In this document: positions 18,262-31,678 of the stretch, one piece after another
Layout of the letters: each line of letters starts with the position of its first letter
Numbering within the stretch: the stretch's first letter is position 1
Assembly: GCA_050613775.1 (NCBI GenBank)
Contig: JBODTK010000124.1
Span: 310,001 to 374,000 of the forward strand
Origin: Neocallimastix sp. 'constans'
Taxonomy: Eukaryota
Length of the DNA stretch: 64,000 bases
Direction: 5' to 3'
The notes under the pieces: model-generated
Told to the model about the DNA's origin: nothing
The model's input: the letters and a program-made list of their open reading frames with translations, nothing else
The model's database searches: none
Program-made: the position numbers and the translations under genes

Positions 18262-19337
18262 TTACTATTCATTAGCTCTCTTAACAGTTTCAATTTTTTC
18301 TTTTGAGTCAGTAATCTCTTCCTCCTCTAAAGATTTAATTTCACAATTAGCTAATTCTTCATAAGCATCTGCAATTTCAGCAATTAATAATTGAACAAGA
18401 TGAGAATAATGTTCAAAGCTTAATTGAGATTCTAATGGTAATAAACTAGAGATACGAGCTTGATGAATAATACTAATAAAATTGTTATAATATTATAATT
18501 ATTGTTATTGTTATTATTTTTTTTATTTTCATTTTTCATTTTTTTTTTTGGGGGGGAATATGTATATAAATATATATATATTAATTAATATTTATCATTA
18601 AAATAATAATAATAATCATAATAATAAATAAATAAAATAGAATATTTAGTATTTATTATATTATAAAAATATATTGTATATAACTATATATACCTGCATT
18701 CTTTATTATTTAATTGGAATACAGATAATAATTTATAGAATTTACTAATTTCCTATAAAAAATAATATATATACATAAATTTTTTTATGTCAAAATTATT
18801 AAATATAATTTTAATAATATTACTTGTAATAATTTTCATTAATAGTAATAATAATAATAATAATAATAAAAATTTATATATATTATTATTTTATTTTATT
18901 TTTATGACTTACTAAGTTAATATTAACATGATCTGAAACATAACCATCAAAAATATAAAAATCTAATGACTTCTCAAGACATTGAACCCCTTCAATGAAT
19001 AATTCCTTGGACTATTTTATTATTACATAAGAACATATATTTCCAAAATGAATTATGTTAAATACATAGATAGATAAAATTTTATATAATAATTAAATCA
19101 ATAACATCTTAATTTCTTTCTTTTTTTTTTTTTTTTTTTTTTTTTAATTATAGATAATTTTAATACAAATATATATAATTATATTCTTACCTCGTTAAAG
19201 TTAGTAGCTAAATGGGATTTAACTGGAGTACGTTTGGATTCAAATGATAAAGCATTAAATAAAACAGGTCCATTGATACTATTTACATTTATGGAATGGT
19301 TATAAAAAAATAATAATAATAATATATATTATTATTA

Positions 19338-19389
<52 letters not shown>

Positions 19390-20811
19390 ATGAATAATTG
19401 TAATAATAAACAAGAATTATTAAATTTTTGATAAAAAAAAATAATAATAAAATAACATAAAATAAAATGTAATAAAAAATACCTTGATTCATTTAAATTA
19501 ATTTTTACATCACCCCTTTCATATCTTTTACTAAATAAGTTATCATTTTAATTATATTTAATGATATTTATTCATATCTTTAATGAATTTATAATATACA
19601 TATATATATATATTTTAAATACTTACACACTTTCTTCTAAAGCAGCAAGATAAAATTTACCCCAACTCCAATTTAAATCAGCTTCTAACTTTTTAAATGG
19701 ATCTTCTTCGACATCTTCTGGTGTAGCACTATTTCTATCAATTAATCCTGACATAAATTCAGCACAAGCTTTTATAATATTTATTTTATATATTTCAAAA
19801 TTTCATAATTTTTTTTTTTTTTTGTTTAGATATTTATTCATAATTATAAATAATTTAATTTTTTCTATTTTATATGTTATCTTTATTATATATATAATTG
19901 AGATATATATATTATATATATATATTATTTTCTTAAAAAAAATTAATATTTACATAAACAACGGTAAGCATTTCTAAAATCTAAAATAGATGAATGATAT
20001 TGGCCAAGTTTTAAACAATTAAGACACCAGTTCTAATATATAAATATATTATATTAATATTAAAAGTTAAATATTCTATTAAATATTTTTTTTTACTCAA
20101 AAAAAAAAAAATTATTATTGATATAATTATAAATATTTATATAAATATTTACATAATGATCAAAAGAAGTGTGTCTTAATTCTCTATCTAAGGTCATAGC
20201 TGAATATTTGGCAGATTTATCATTCATGTTTTTAGCAGAATAAACTTGAGAAAGATAATAAATTGTAAGAGTATGATAGGATTCAAATGTTTCTATTCTT
20301 TTCTTTTCATCATCTTCTTCTTCAAATGGGTTTAAAATACTGAATAATCATATCAATAAAAGTATTGTGATTATATTGATTAATTATTTCAATTATAAAT
20401 TTCACTTATAACCAACTTTATATATATATTAATTTAAATATTAATAATAATATTATTATTACTCAATAGTTGGAATAGTGTTTTTATTTAAATAATTATA
20501 TTTTTCGTATAATTTCTATTTTATTAATTATATATATAAAAATATAAGATCATAATGTGAAATAATATCATTTAGATTTTAAATTATTATTAATATGTAT
20601 TTATTAATATTTATTTATTTAATATTATATGAAATATTTTTTTTTTTTAAATTTTTAAAATTTATTTTATATTAAAATTTTATTATTGTGTTTCCCAACT
20701 TACATAAGCTTCTTCAAAATATTTTTCTGATTTTGGAGTTAAGGATTTGTTAGTAAAATCACTTGATTTTTTTTTTTTTTTGTTTTTGTTTTTGTTTCGT
20801 TTGTAGAGAAA

Positions 20812-20847
<36 letters not shown>

Positions 20848-21207
20848 AATATATTTATATATATATATAATATAAATTATAATTAATTAAAAAAGAAAAA
20901 AAAAAATTATCTATAAGAACGTTTCTAATTTCAATAGATTAATAATATCATTGATTTACATATGAATTTTTTAAATTGTAATTCAATTATAACTTACTCC
21001 CATCCAAACCATAAAATACCAAGCTGATTTAAAGCATTGATTAAATGAGCAACAAATTGAGGTTGTAATTCATATTGACGTAAAACAGATACACTATTTA
21101 AATAATTTATTTTGAAGTTTAAATTAATTTTCATTAAAAATTGACATATATATATATAAACTACAATATATATATACAATATATATATAATAACTTTTAT
21201 ATATTTG

Positions 21208-21248
<41 letters not shown>

Positions 21249-22307
21249 TTATTCTTATTTAATATGTTTTTTAAGTAGGGGTTTACCTAGCATTAAGATT
21301 TTTTTCACCTGGAGATTCTTCATCCGTTTCAATATAATTTAATCCCAAATGATAATTGAATAAAGCCAAAATTAATTCTTCAGTCTGATTTTATATTTAC
21401 ATTAATAAATATGAATATTACAAAAAAATAAAAAAAAAAAATTAAAAAAAAATAAAAAAAAAAAAAATTAAATAAACCATAAAATGACAAATATATTAAT
21501 AATTTTTAGTTTCTTAAATGTGTATGTTAAAAGTATGTTGATCATATAATGTACCTCTTGTGAAACTTCTTCTGCACCAGTTCTAATTCTATGAATAAAT
21601 TTTTCTTTTAAATCCAACTATTGGTATGAATATGACAATAAAAATAGAATATTATATTAATATATATATATATATATAAAGCATATATTGTTTAAAAAAC
21701 TATGGGTACCATAATTTCTCTGGCCTTATATACATATTAAAATTGTATTTTTTTTTTTTTTTTTTTTTTTTTATTTTTGTATCAAAGTATTAAAGTTATA
21801 TTAGGTTATTGATTGGTATAAATTTTTATTTTATTTATTTATTTAAAAAAAAAAAAAAATTGAATAAGTATAAAATTATTGTTATTATCAATTTATACTG
21901 TTTTAATAATTATGTTTTCATTTAGTATATTATTATTATTAAGAATTTAAATTTAATTTACTTTATATTTTGACTGAAATGGAGCAGTTACTGGATCTTC
22001 AGTTGCTCTTAAAGTATTTATTTCTAATATAATTTATTTTAAATATTATTAATAATGTGGTTTAATAAATGAGTTCAATTTTGAAGATGTTTAAACATTA
22101 GAATAAATAATTATTTAAATGTATATTAAAAATTACTATATAATAATTATATTTATATACATATGGTACTATATATATATTTTTTTTAAACTAATAAAAA
22201 TTATATTTCTTTTTAATTAATATTTTACCTTTATAGATTTCTAAATATTCCTTTGAAGAAAAAAAGGTTGCTACTCCTGGATATTCACGAATAATATAGG
22301 AAGACAT
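17102..22307 (-). CDS. KIFBP: KIF-binding protein (KBP/KIFBP) homologue, about 18 exons
   Basis: Exons translate to EDPVTAPFQSKYK, LGLNYIETDEESPGE, NALNQLGILW, ESYHTLTIYYLSQVY...SAKYSAMTLDREL, WCLNCLKLGQY, ADLNWSWGKFYL and FYIFDGYVSDHV, which follow the KBP family motifs in order. Confidence 0.85.
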
Positions 22308-23185
22308 TTTGAAGTATTGACACTTTTTATTTTTAAATAATATTTAATATATATATATATAATTTTTTATTAATATTAAAATATTCTTTTCTCTAGTTAT
22401 ATTCTATTTAAAAATGTTATAATAATAATAATACAATAATAATTTTTAAATTATTATTAAAATGTATATATTGTTTATCTTGAATTATTATTATTTTTTA
22501 TAATTTATAATAATAATAAAATAATAATAATAATAATAATAATAATATATATATAACAAGAAAAAGATAATTTTTTTTTTTTTTTAAACTAAGGTAAATG
22601 TTTTCGTTTTGTTTATTCTTAGTATTGCTAATTAAATGGTTTAACAACATTTTAATTTATTTTAATTCTCGACAAATAGAAAAACCATTACAATATATAT
22701 ACATATATATATAAAAAATTAAAATATATAAATATTTATATAAAATATGGTATAAGATAAAATATTTACGTTTTTAAATTAAAATTAAATAATTCATAAA
22801 CTAATATTAGTTATATTGTTATAATGTTATTAATAATATCGTTATAAAATGTATAACTTTAATTTATTATGGAAATAATTATATTTGATTATTAATTTAA
22901 TTTATTATTTTTTTTTTAGTTTTGTTTTTTTGTTTATATTATAACTGAATTTTTGGTTTACTTTTTGTATTAAATATTAAGAGATTGATTTTAAATTTTT
23001 ACTATAATATTTAGTACAAAGAAAAATATAAATATGTATATGATTTTTTAATTTTGCTTTTTTTTTTTTTTTTTTTGCTCGTTCGTCCTTTTAGTATATT
23101 ATTGTTATTGCTTTTTAGATTTTATTTGTTTTATTCCTTAAAAACAAATACTTTTTTGTTTTTTTATTTCTTAATCAAATCTAAT

Positions 23186-23216
<31 letters not shown>

Positions 23217-25721
23217 TGAACTATAAAATAAAAACAAATGAAAAGAATTTTTTTTTGTTTATATATTTGATTTTGTTATAATTTAACAACTTTAAGTATT
23301 TATTAGTTTATTTAATTATTTATCTATTGAATTATTTGTAATATTTGTATTTATTAAATATATAATATATTAATAAATAGATAAAGTATTAAATAAATAT
23401 AAATTTTAAAAAATAGCAATTAAAATATATACAGAGCAATATATTACAAATACTATTCTTTATCATATATTTATTTATGGATGATTAAAATATTTAAAAA
23501 AAAAATTGAAAAAGAAAAACGTTTTTTATTTTATTATATTAAATTTTAATATTTAATAATTAAATTAATATAAAATTAAAATTATATTTAAAATTTAATT
23601 ATTTTATATTTTTAATAAATTATAAATTATATTTAATATTAATTATTAAAAGTGAATTAATATTTATTATTTATTATTTATTATTTATTATTTATTATTT
23701 ATTATTTATTATTTATTATTGATATATATTATTAAAATTATATATTATTAAAAGTATATATAAATAATTATTTCATAAAGTGATAAAAAAGAAAAGACAA
23801 CACTATTATTATAAATATTTATAAATATAAATATTAAATTTTATTTTTAATTTTTATTATTTTTTTTTATTTTTTATTTTTAACTGTTATTATTTTTTTT
23901 TATTTCTTATTTCATATTTTTTATTTTTTATTACTTATTATAGTTTTTAACCTCTTAACCGTTTTTTTTTTTTTAATTTAATCATTGATTGATATAAAAA
24001 AAAATTTTTTTTTATATTACAAATTAACAGTCATATAACAAAAAATGGCCGTAAAAATTTTTTTTTTTTATTTTAATTTTTAATTATCAAATTAAATTAT
24101 TTAATTATTTCATTGTATCACCCATTCATTCATTATTGAATGGTGTATATTTAGCTAATCATTTTATTTTATTTCATTTCATTATCATTTCATTAAGTGC
24201 TATTACTAGAAATATTTATTAGAAAATAATTATATAAATAAAAAATAAATAAATAATATTTATCTTTGAATCCTAATAAATTTTATTAATATTTTATAAT
24301 AATATTAATAAGTAATAAAAAATGTAAAATTTAATGGTTAATTCTTGTTTATTATTTTATTCTGTATAATTTTTTTTTATTAATTTTTTAATTTATTTAT
24401 TTATTTATTTATATTTGTAGTTTCTCATAGAGAATTAGATAATATATAATTGTATTATATATTTACATATACATATAAATTTAATATAAAAAAATTGATG
24501 TTAACATTTTTTATAAAATATAAATAATCCATATATATTATTTTAATTTAATTTATTTACTATTTCTTATATATTAAATATTTAAATTTAATATATTAAG
24601 AATTATAGATAACTTATATTAATAAAACGTATTGATTAATCATAATTAAAAAATAAAAATTTTAATAATTAAATAATTGTAATAAATAATAATAAATAAT
24701 AGTAAATAATAAATAATAAATAATAAATATAAATAATAAATAATATATAATAAATAATCAAATATTTAATATTAAATAAATAAATAAATAAATAATTAAT
24801 AATTAATAAATAATAAATAATAACTATAATAATTATTTATTATAATAATTAATAAATAATAAATAATAATAAATAATAAATAATAAATAATAAATAATAA
24901 ATAATAAATAATAATAAATAATAAATAATAAATAATTATATATCATATATAATTATATATGATGGTAAATAAATAACAAATAAATAATAAATTTTATAAA
25001 GTATAAACTATTAAGTAATGAATAATTAATAATAATATATAATAATTAATAAAAATAGTAATATTTGAATGGTTGTTAAGAGAGGACCTCGTCGACAACG
25101 AAAATGTATGACAAAGAATGTAATGAGAGTCTGATACATTTAAGAAAGAGATTGTTTTTGTTTTTGTTTTTGTTTTATTTTTTTGAATAAGAATATATAT
25201 ATCCGTTAAATTTAATTATTAATTAAATAATTTAATCATTAAAACACCGAAATTTTAGTATTAAAAAATACATATAAAAAGCAAAAGATATGAAAAAAAA
25301 AAAAAAAAAAAAAAAAACTGGAATAAAATATATATATATAAATTTATATATTATTATTTTTTTTAATAATATTATTATTATTAACAAACTATTATTTATA
25401 CAATAATAAGTTTAAATAAAAATAAAAATAAAAAAAAGAGGTAACTAAAAGAAATGAAATGAATATATAAAATCAGTAGCTATATGAACACTAAATTGGA
25501 TATATATCTGAATATTTATTAATAAAGTATATTATAATTTCGTATTTATAACAATTATATAATAGTAATTTATATTACATGATATACTTCTTTATCTATA
25601 TTAATATTAGATTAGAATTTGTTTTTTAAAACAAACACAAAAAAAAAAAAAAAAAAAAAGTAATTTTATACAGGCACTATCAACCATTAATAATAAATTT
25701 TATTTTAAATTATTTAAAAAA

Positions 25722-25724
<3 letters not shown>

Positions 25725-25805
<81 letters not shown>
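25725..25805 (+). repeat. (TAT)n microsatellite
   Basis: Direct reading. Confidence 0.9.
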
Positions 25806-25806
<1 letters not shown>

Positions 25807-28800
25807 GATATGTGTTGTTTATTTATTTAATAAAATATATGATAATATGTATAAATATATACTATAACTATTAAGTAGTCATTATTCCCTCTAAAATGAG
25901 ATTTTTATATAAAAATGTAATTTTAAAATTTTAATATTTTTGTATCATTTGAAATTTTTGTTAATATGTTAGCTAGCATCATGTTTTCCATGCCTACATA
26001 CTTTAAATTTATTATTTTTTTATAATATTTTATTTGTTCAAAATTATTATCAATTAAAATTTTTTTATTGTTTTTTATACCATTATCTACCTGATTGCTT
26101 AAGATCATATAAGACTTTGTTAAGTTTCCAGTATCCCTTCCCAAAAAGTATATATGGCTTTTAGTAATTGTAATATAAGCATCTTTATTGAGAAAAGCGT
26201 TAAGATAAGCAGCCTTAATATCAAGTTGGAAGATGTTCTAGTGAAAAACACCAGATAATACAAAAATGAGTTTATGACTATCAATATTTAAATAAAGTGA
26301 GATCATAATTAATATCCCATTTTTGAGGGAAACCTCTGGCAACAAGACGGGCTTTTATATTTATACATAAAATTACTACTATAAAAAAAAACACATTTAG
26401 TAGAAATAATTATTTTTTACCTATAGAAACCACTGAAATAAAAGTCATAATCTTGGTTGAATATAAATTATTTAATTCATCATTAATAGCATTAATCCAG
26501 TAATTTTTATTGTTGAAACAAATAGCTTCACATAGCTATTAAGAGAATTAGAATAAGTAGATAGTGATCATATAGGTATCATCGGGATCTAACTTTTCTT
26601 CTTACATTCTAAGGGTAAAAGGAAAAATTGTTTTGGAGTCTGGAGAATTTGGAGGTAATGATCATATTCTGGAAGAATGGGATATATTAATCATTATATC
26701 TTCCATGATTTAATTTTCATTATATTTAATAATATTTTGAGTTGAAGTAGTAAGAGATTGGTTATTTTAGTAATAAATTTTCAAGATTTTGCCGATTAGT
26801 CGCATTGATTGAATTGACGAAATTGGAATTCTTGGTTAATATTATTATTAGTTTAAGATGAATTATGAGTAATAGAAATTATGATTGTCATTTGAAGAAA
26901 TATCACAAGAGTCATTAGAAATTATAGTATCATTTGAAATGTCACTTAAAGTATAATTATTATAAGAATTATCTTTTCCCATATTAGAAAAAGTAAATGA
27001 ATTATTGATAATTTTATTTGAGGAGGTGCAGGAATTTTGAAAATTTGAATTTGAATTTTTATTAATCATTTTGGATAAAAAATTTTCATTATTAAAATTT
27101 TTGTCTTTTTTTTTTTTTTTTTTTTTGAAAAATTTTTGATCCATAGTTTTATCAAAACTAGTATTTTATGTATATGATTAGTATTTTTATTTTTGATTAT
27201 GTGTTTTATTTTGTTCAGATAAAGGTGTATGTAAAAATTTATTTATCATATTTTAATTAAGAAAAGTATTATTTAAATTAAAAAATTTGTTTTGACCAAT
27301 AATTTTAATTTTTGAAAAATTTTTATTATCAATACTTTTTTTTCAAAATCTAAATTTTCAACATTTTTTTCTTTGTCTTTATTTTTAGCAGGAAGAGTAT
27401 TTACAGCCCCAGAATTCATTGGGATTTTTTTTTTCTTTTATCTCTTAAACATGCTTCATATTCGTTTTTCAATTTTAGATTGTTAGGGTTATTATTGGTA
27501 GAATTTATATTATTGACAAGAATATTATGTTAGATATTTTTCTAAAAATTATTATTGTTTTAATTTTTTCTTTTAAAATTGTATTTTTATTCAAATTATA
27601 AATTTTGTTATTGATAATTTTATAACAATTTTTGATTAAAATGTTAATTTCATTTGAATTAATTTCTTCATTAAAATTATCTTTTTCAATTTCATTATTT
27701 ACAACTGAAATGTAGTCTTCTGATAAATTATTGTTTTCTTCATTTATATTATTTATTTTCAATAAAATTATTATTTTCAATAAAATTATTATTTTCAATA
27801 AAATTATTATTTTCAATAAAATTATTATTTTCAATTAAAATTTCATTTGTATTATTATTTTCATATAAATTGTTATTTTTATATTATTGTTATCTTCATT
27901 TATATTATTTATTTTCAATAAAATTATTATTTTCAATTAAAATTTCATTTGTATTATTATTTTCATATAAATTGTTATTTTTATATTATTGTTTTCTTCA
28001 TTATAAAATTTCAATTAAATTATTATTTTCATTTAAAATATTGTCCTCGCTTAAATTGTTTTCTTTATTAATACTATTATCATTTAAAACTTAGCTTCTG
28101 TTTACTCATCAATGTCCATTTTCAATAAAGAGAAATATAGGTCTTGAAAACTATTGCTTGTATATGCAAAGTTTCCTGGTTCTTCGATAAATTCAATGTC
28201 ATTAATATAGTTTATTTTTTTTTCTATATCTATAGTAATATATGAATATTTATTTTTATTAAAACCAGGAAAAATACCATTTCTTGATTTTAATTTAAAT
28301 TTTGATTTATGGGAATTTTGGTCTCTTTGTTAATATACATATGAAAGTTATTAGATATTTTATATTTACTTTTTTATTATAAAATATTACATCATGAATT
28401 AAATTATTATTTTCCTGAATGTGGAATCATATTATATATACATCAATCGGTGTTTTATAGTAAAATTCCAAAAGTTTTCTGATAAATTAGCCCAATACAT
28501 AAATGATTTTGCTGAATTTTTAAGTATATTATTAATTTCTAAGTATATTATTAATTTACAAAGGCTGAATTTTCAGTTTTTGTAAATATCCAGACTTTTC
28601 TTGAAAATTCGTCCATCATTGTGATAGGAAGGTATTTTAATTTTTCTTCTTCTCCATTAGAAGAGTCAGTTAATGATATAAATTCTGATTTTGCAAGTTC
28701 TATACCACTAATAAGATTTTTTTGATAATTTTTAGAAAGTAAAACTTTTTCTAGCTTAATTTATTTGTAAATTCCATATCTTTATTTTTTGGCTTTAAAC

Positions 28801-29318
28801 TTCTGAGTCATTTTAAGTCAGTACTCCATATCAGCATTGTTGTTACCGTATTAATAATGGATTTAAAACATTATTGTTTACAATAGCTGGTTCATTATTG
28901 TTTGCAATTACTTATTCAGCATTGTAGTTTTGACAGAGCAAGTTTTTAAATTGAGATTGGGAGGTTTAAGATGTTAATTATGTCTGTAATGGCCTTGTTG
29001 AATTTGTATCATTACCATTTAGAACATAAATAAAGAATTCATTATTTAAATGATCAACAATATCAGCTTCAAAAAATTTCTTCATACTATAAAATTTCGG
29101 CAACGTTTAAAATAAGAAACTTCCATTACGTCTTTAGTTAAAATGTAGTTTTTTGAAACATATCGGTTTTTATTAAAATTACTTTTGAAATATTAGAATA
29201 AGAATCAAATGAGACTCTTAATTTGATAAATTTTACTTATTTATTCAAAATAATAATATATAATATAACTAACATGGAGAGAAGTGGATAATCTATACAA
29301 TGATGCTGGTTATATAAT
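25806..29318 (-). mobile_element. degenerate Ty1/copia LTR retrotransposon with internal deletions
   Basis: In copia order on the minus strand: NLISGIELAKS (post-protease, ~28700); integrase MMDEFSRKVWIF (~28600) and KFKLKSRNGIFPGF (~28280); RT KARLVARGF (~26340), QLDIKAAYLN (~26215) and WKLNKVLYDLKQSGR*WY (~26100); RNase H end KYVGMENMMLANILTK (~25980). Purine tract AGAGGGAA at ~25890. Many stops and frameshifts; boundaries approximate. Confidence 0.9.
27750..28030 (-). repeat. 18-bp tandem repeat (ENNNFI-coding) plus ~90-bp duplication inside the copia integrase-RT linker
   Basis: AATAAAATTATTATTTTC repeated; block 27800-27890 recurs at ~27910-28000. Confidence 0.8.
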
Positions 29319-29637
29319 TGATATAAAACAAATATGTGTAGTATCATATTTGTATATTTAATAATAATTATAATTTTTAAATATTAAATTTGTAATTATA
29401 ATACTTTAATTCCTATAAAATTTATATAGTTCTATATAATAGAATATATAATTAATATATTATCTATTTCTTATAAGTAGATTAAATTATTTATATTAGA
29501 GATGGAGGACTCTCTTGTAAAATTTTAGGAATTAGAATTATTATTTTAATTGTACGAATATTATAATTTTATTAATAAATTTTACTAAACAACCATTAAT
29601 TTAAAAAAAAAACCCACTGCTTATAAATTAAAAGTGC

Positions 29638-30372
29638 TGATATAAAATAAATATGTGTAGTAACATATTTGTATATTTAATATTAATTATTAAATATTAA
29701 ATTTATCTTTTTGATAGTAATTATTTTATTTTATTTTATTTCAATATGTATTATTATAATTATAATAATTATAATACTTTATTTCATATAAAATTTATAT
29801 ATTTCTATATATTAGAATATATAATTAATATATTACCTATCTCTTATAAATAGATTAGATTATTTATATTAGAAATAGAGAACTCTCTTGTAAATTTTTA
29901 GGAATTAGAATTATTATTTTAATTGTACGAATATTATAATTTTATTAATAAAATTTACTAAACTACCATTATTTAAAACCCACCGCTTATAAATTATTGC
30001 ACATAAAAGTCCCGCATATCAAAAATTGGTGTAGATATCGGGGATGTGCTATGTAAAAAAAAATAATTTATAAGTATTGGTGTTTAGTAATTTTGTTAAT
30101 TAATTATTAATACGTACATATTTATATATATTCTCTTCAATTAGGATTAATATATTATTTAGGAAATAATTTAGGATATAATAAATTTTTTTTGATTGTT
30201 TATAGTTATTTTATATTAGATGAAGAGAAAGTTATAAAATATATATTATTTCATTCATTTAAGTATACTTTAAATAAATTGTCTTAAAATAAATAAAAAT
30301 TTGGAATATCTTATAATTATATTAAATAATAATAATAATTATTATAAAAAACATTATATTGTATAAATAAAT

Positions 30373-30403
<31 letters not shown>

Positions 30404-31500
30404 TTTAATAAATAAGTACTATTATTTTTTTCTTTAATTAATTGCTAATAATGAGGAATAATAATTTTACTGGCAATCGGGTAGATACTGGGACTCTTCC
30501 AAGAATTGGTGGATCTTGTAAAAACGCAGAAATCTGGAAATTTAAAATTAATAATTGGTTTAATAGGGAAGGTATCACTACTAATGAAAATAAGTTTAGT
30601 TATATTATTACCGCTGCTGAAGATGATATCATCACGTCACTAAGAGAAGAACAGGTTAGACTTAATAGAGTTCCTACCTTAGATGAATGTGTTGCCCTTA
30701 TCAAAAAGAAGTATTGGAGAGAAAATAAAAAAATAGTTAAGTTAATAATTATATTAATATAAAAGAAAGAAAAATTAATAATAATAATTCTCCGGTTGAT
30801 TTTAGTAATATTATAAATGTAGATAGTGATAAGGAAATAAAAATTGAGAAAATTAAAAAGAAAATTAAAATTACCCATATTTTTATTCAAAATAATAGTA
30901 AAAATAAAATAAATATTAATAAATTAATGATGCCCAAACCTGAAATCGCGTTAAACGAGGTTATTAATTATAGCAACAATCGCGTTGATACCAAACAAAT
31001 AATTAGGAATTATAAATATAAAAGAAAATAAAATTTTAAAATTATTATTTATATTAATTAAACCTTATATTTTCTTTTATAAAAAAATATATATAGTTTA
31101 ATTTTTAGCAAGGGCATTTCTGATATAAAACAAATATGTGTAGTAACATATTTGTATATTTAATATTAATTATTAAATATTAAATTTATCTTTTTGATAA
31201 TAATTATTTTAATTTTTTTATTTCAATATGTATTATTATAATTATAATAATTATAATACTTTATTTCATATAAAATTTATATATTTCTATATATTAGAAT
31301 ATATAATTAATATAATACCTATTTCTTATAAATAGATTAGATTATTTATATTAGAAATAGAGGACTCTCTTGTAAAATTTTTAGGAATTAGAATTATTAT
31401 TTTAATTGTACGAATATTATAATTTTATTAATAAAATTTACTAAACTTTATTTAAAACCCACTGTTTATAAATTATTGCACATAAAAGTCCCGCATATCA
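29638..31500 (+). mobile_element. non-autonomous LTR retrotransposon (probably Ty3/gypsy-derived), 1863 bp, with two ~380-bp LTRs
   Basis: LTRs at 29638-30021 and 31121-31500 (TGATAT...ATATCA), nearly identical. PBS TGGTGTAGATATCGGGGAT at 30027; short purine-rich AGCAAGGG before the 3' LTR; 4-bp TSD GTGC (29634-29637, 31501-31504). No pol. Confidence 0.9.
30442..30762 (+). pseudogene. gag-like capsid fragment of the LTR element
   Basis: First ORF after the PBS. LPRIGGSCKNAEIWKFKINNWF...LIKKKYW resembles the retrotransposon gag N-terminal pattern. Degenerates by frameshift. Confidence 0.6.
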
Positions 31501-31678
31501 GTGCACATATCATAATACATATCACGTGAATGCATATAAGTTACACGAAACTTTCAAAAGGATCAATAACATAAATTTATACAAATTAATATAACTAAAT
31601 TGCATAAACCCATAAAAATTATATACTTTAATATATTATGTTATATACTATATAAATACATAAGATAATATGAATAAA

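Larger units (their letters stand above)
29319..31512 (+). mobile_element. solo LTR (29319-29637 plus 31505-31512) split by a later insertion
   Basis: Starts TGATATAAAACAAATATGTG, is similar to the LTRs at 29638 and 31121, and ends ACATATCA. Flanked by a TAAT direct repeat (29315-29318, 31513-31516). Confidence 0.8.

Noticed and set aside
21700..21730. TATGGGTACC...TGGCC in a KBP intron resembling the SINE 3' end
   Set aside because: Match of about 10 bp only, with no TSD; too short to support.
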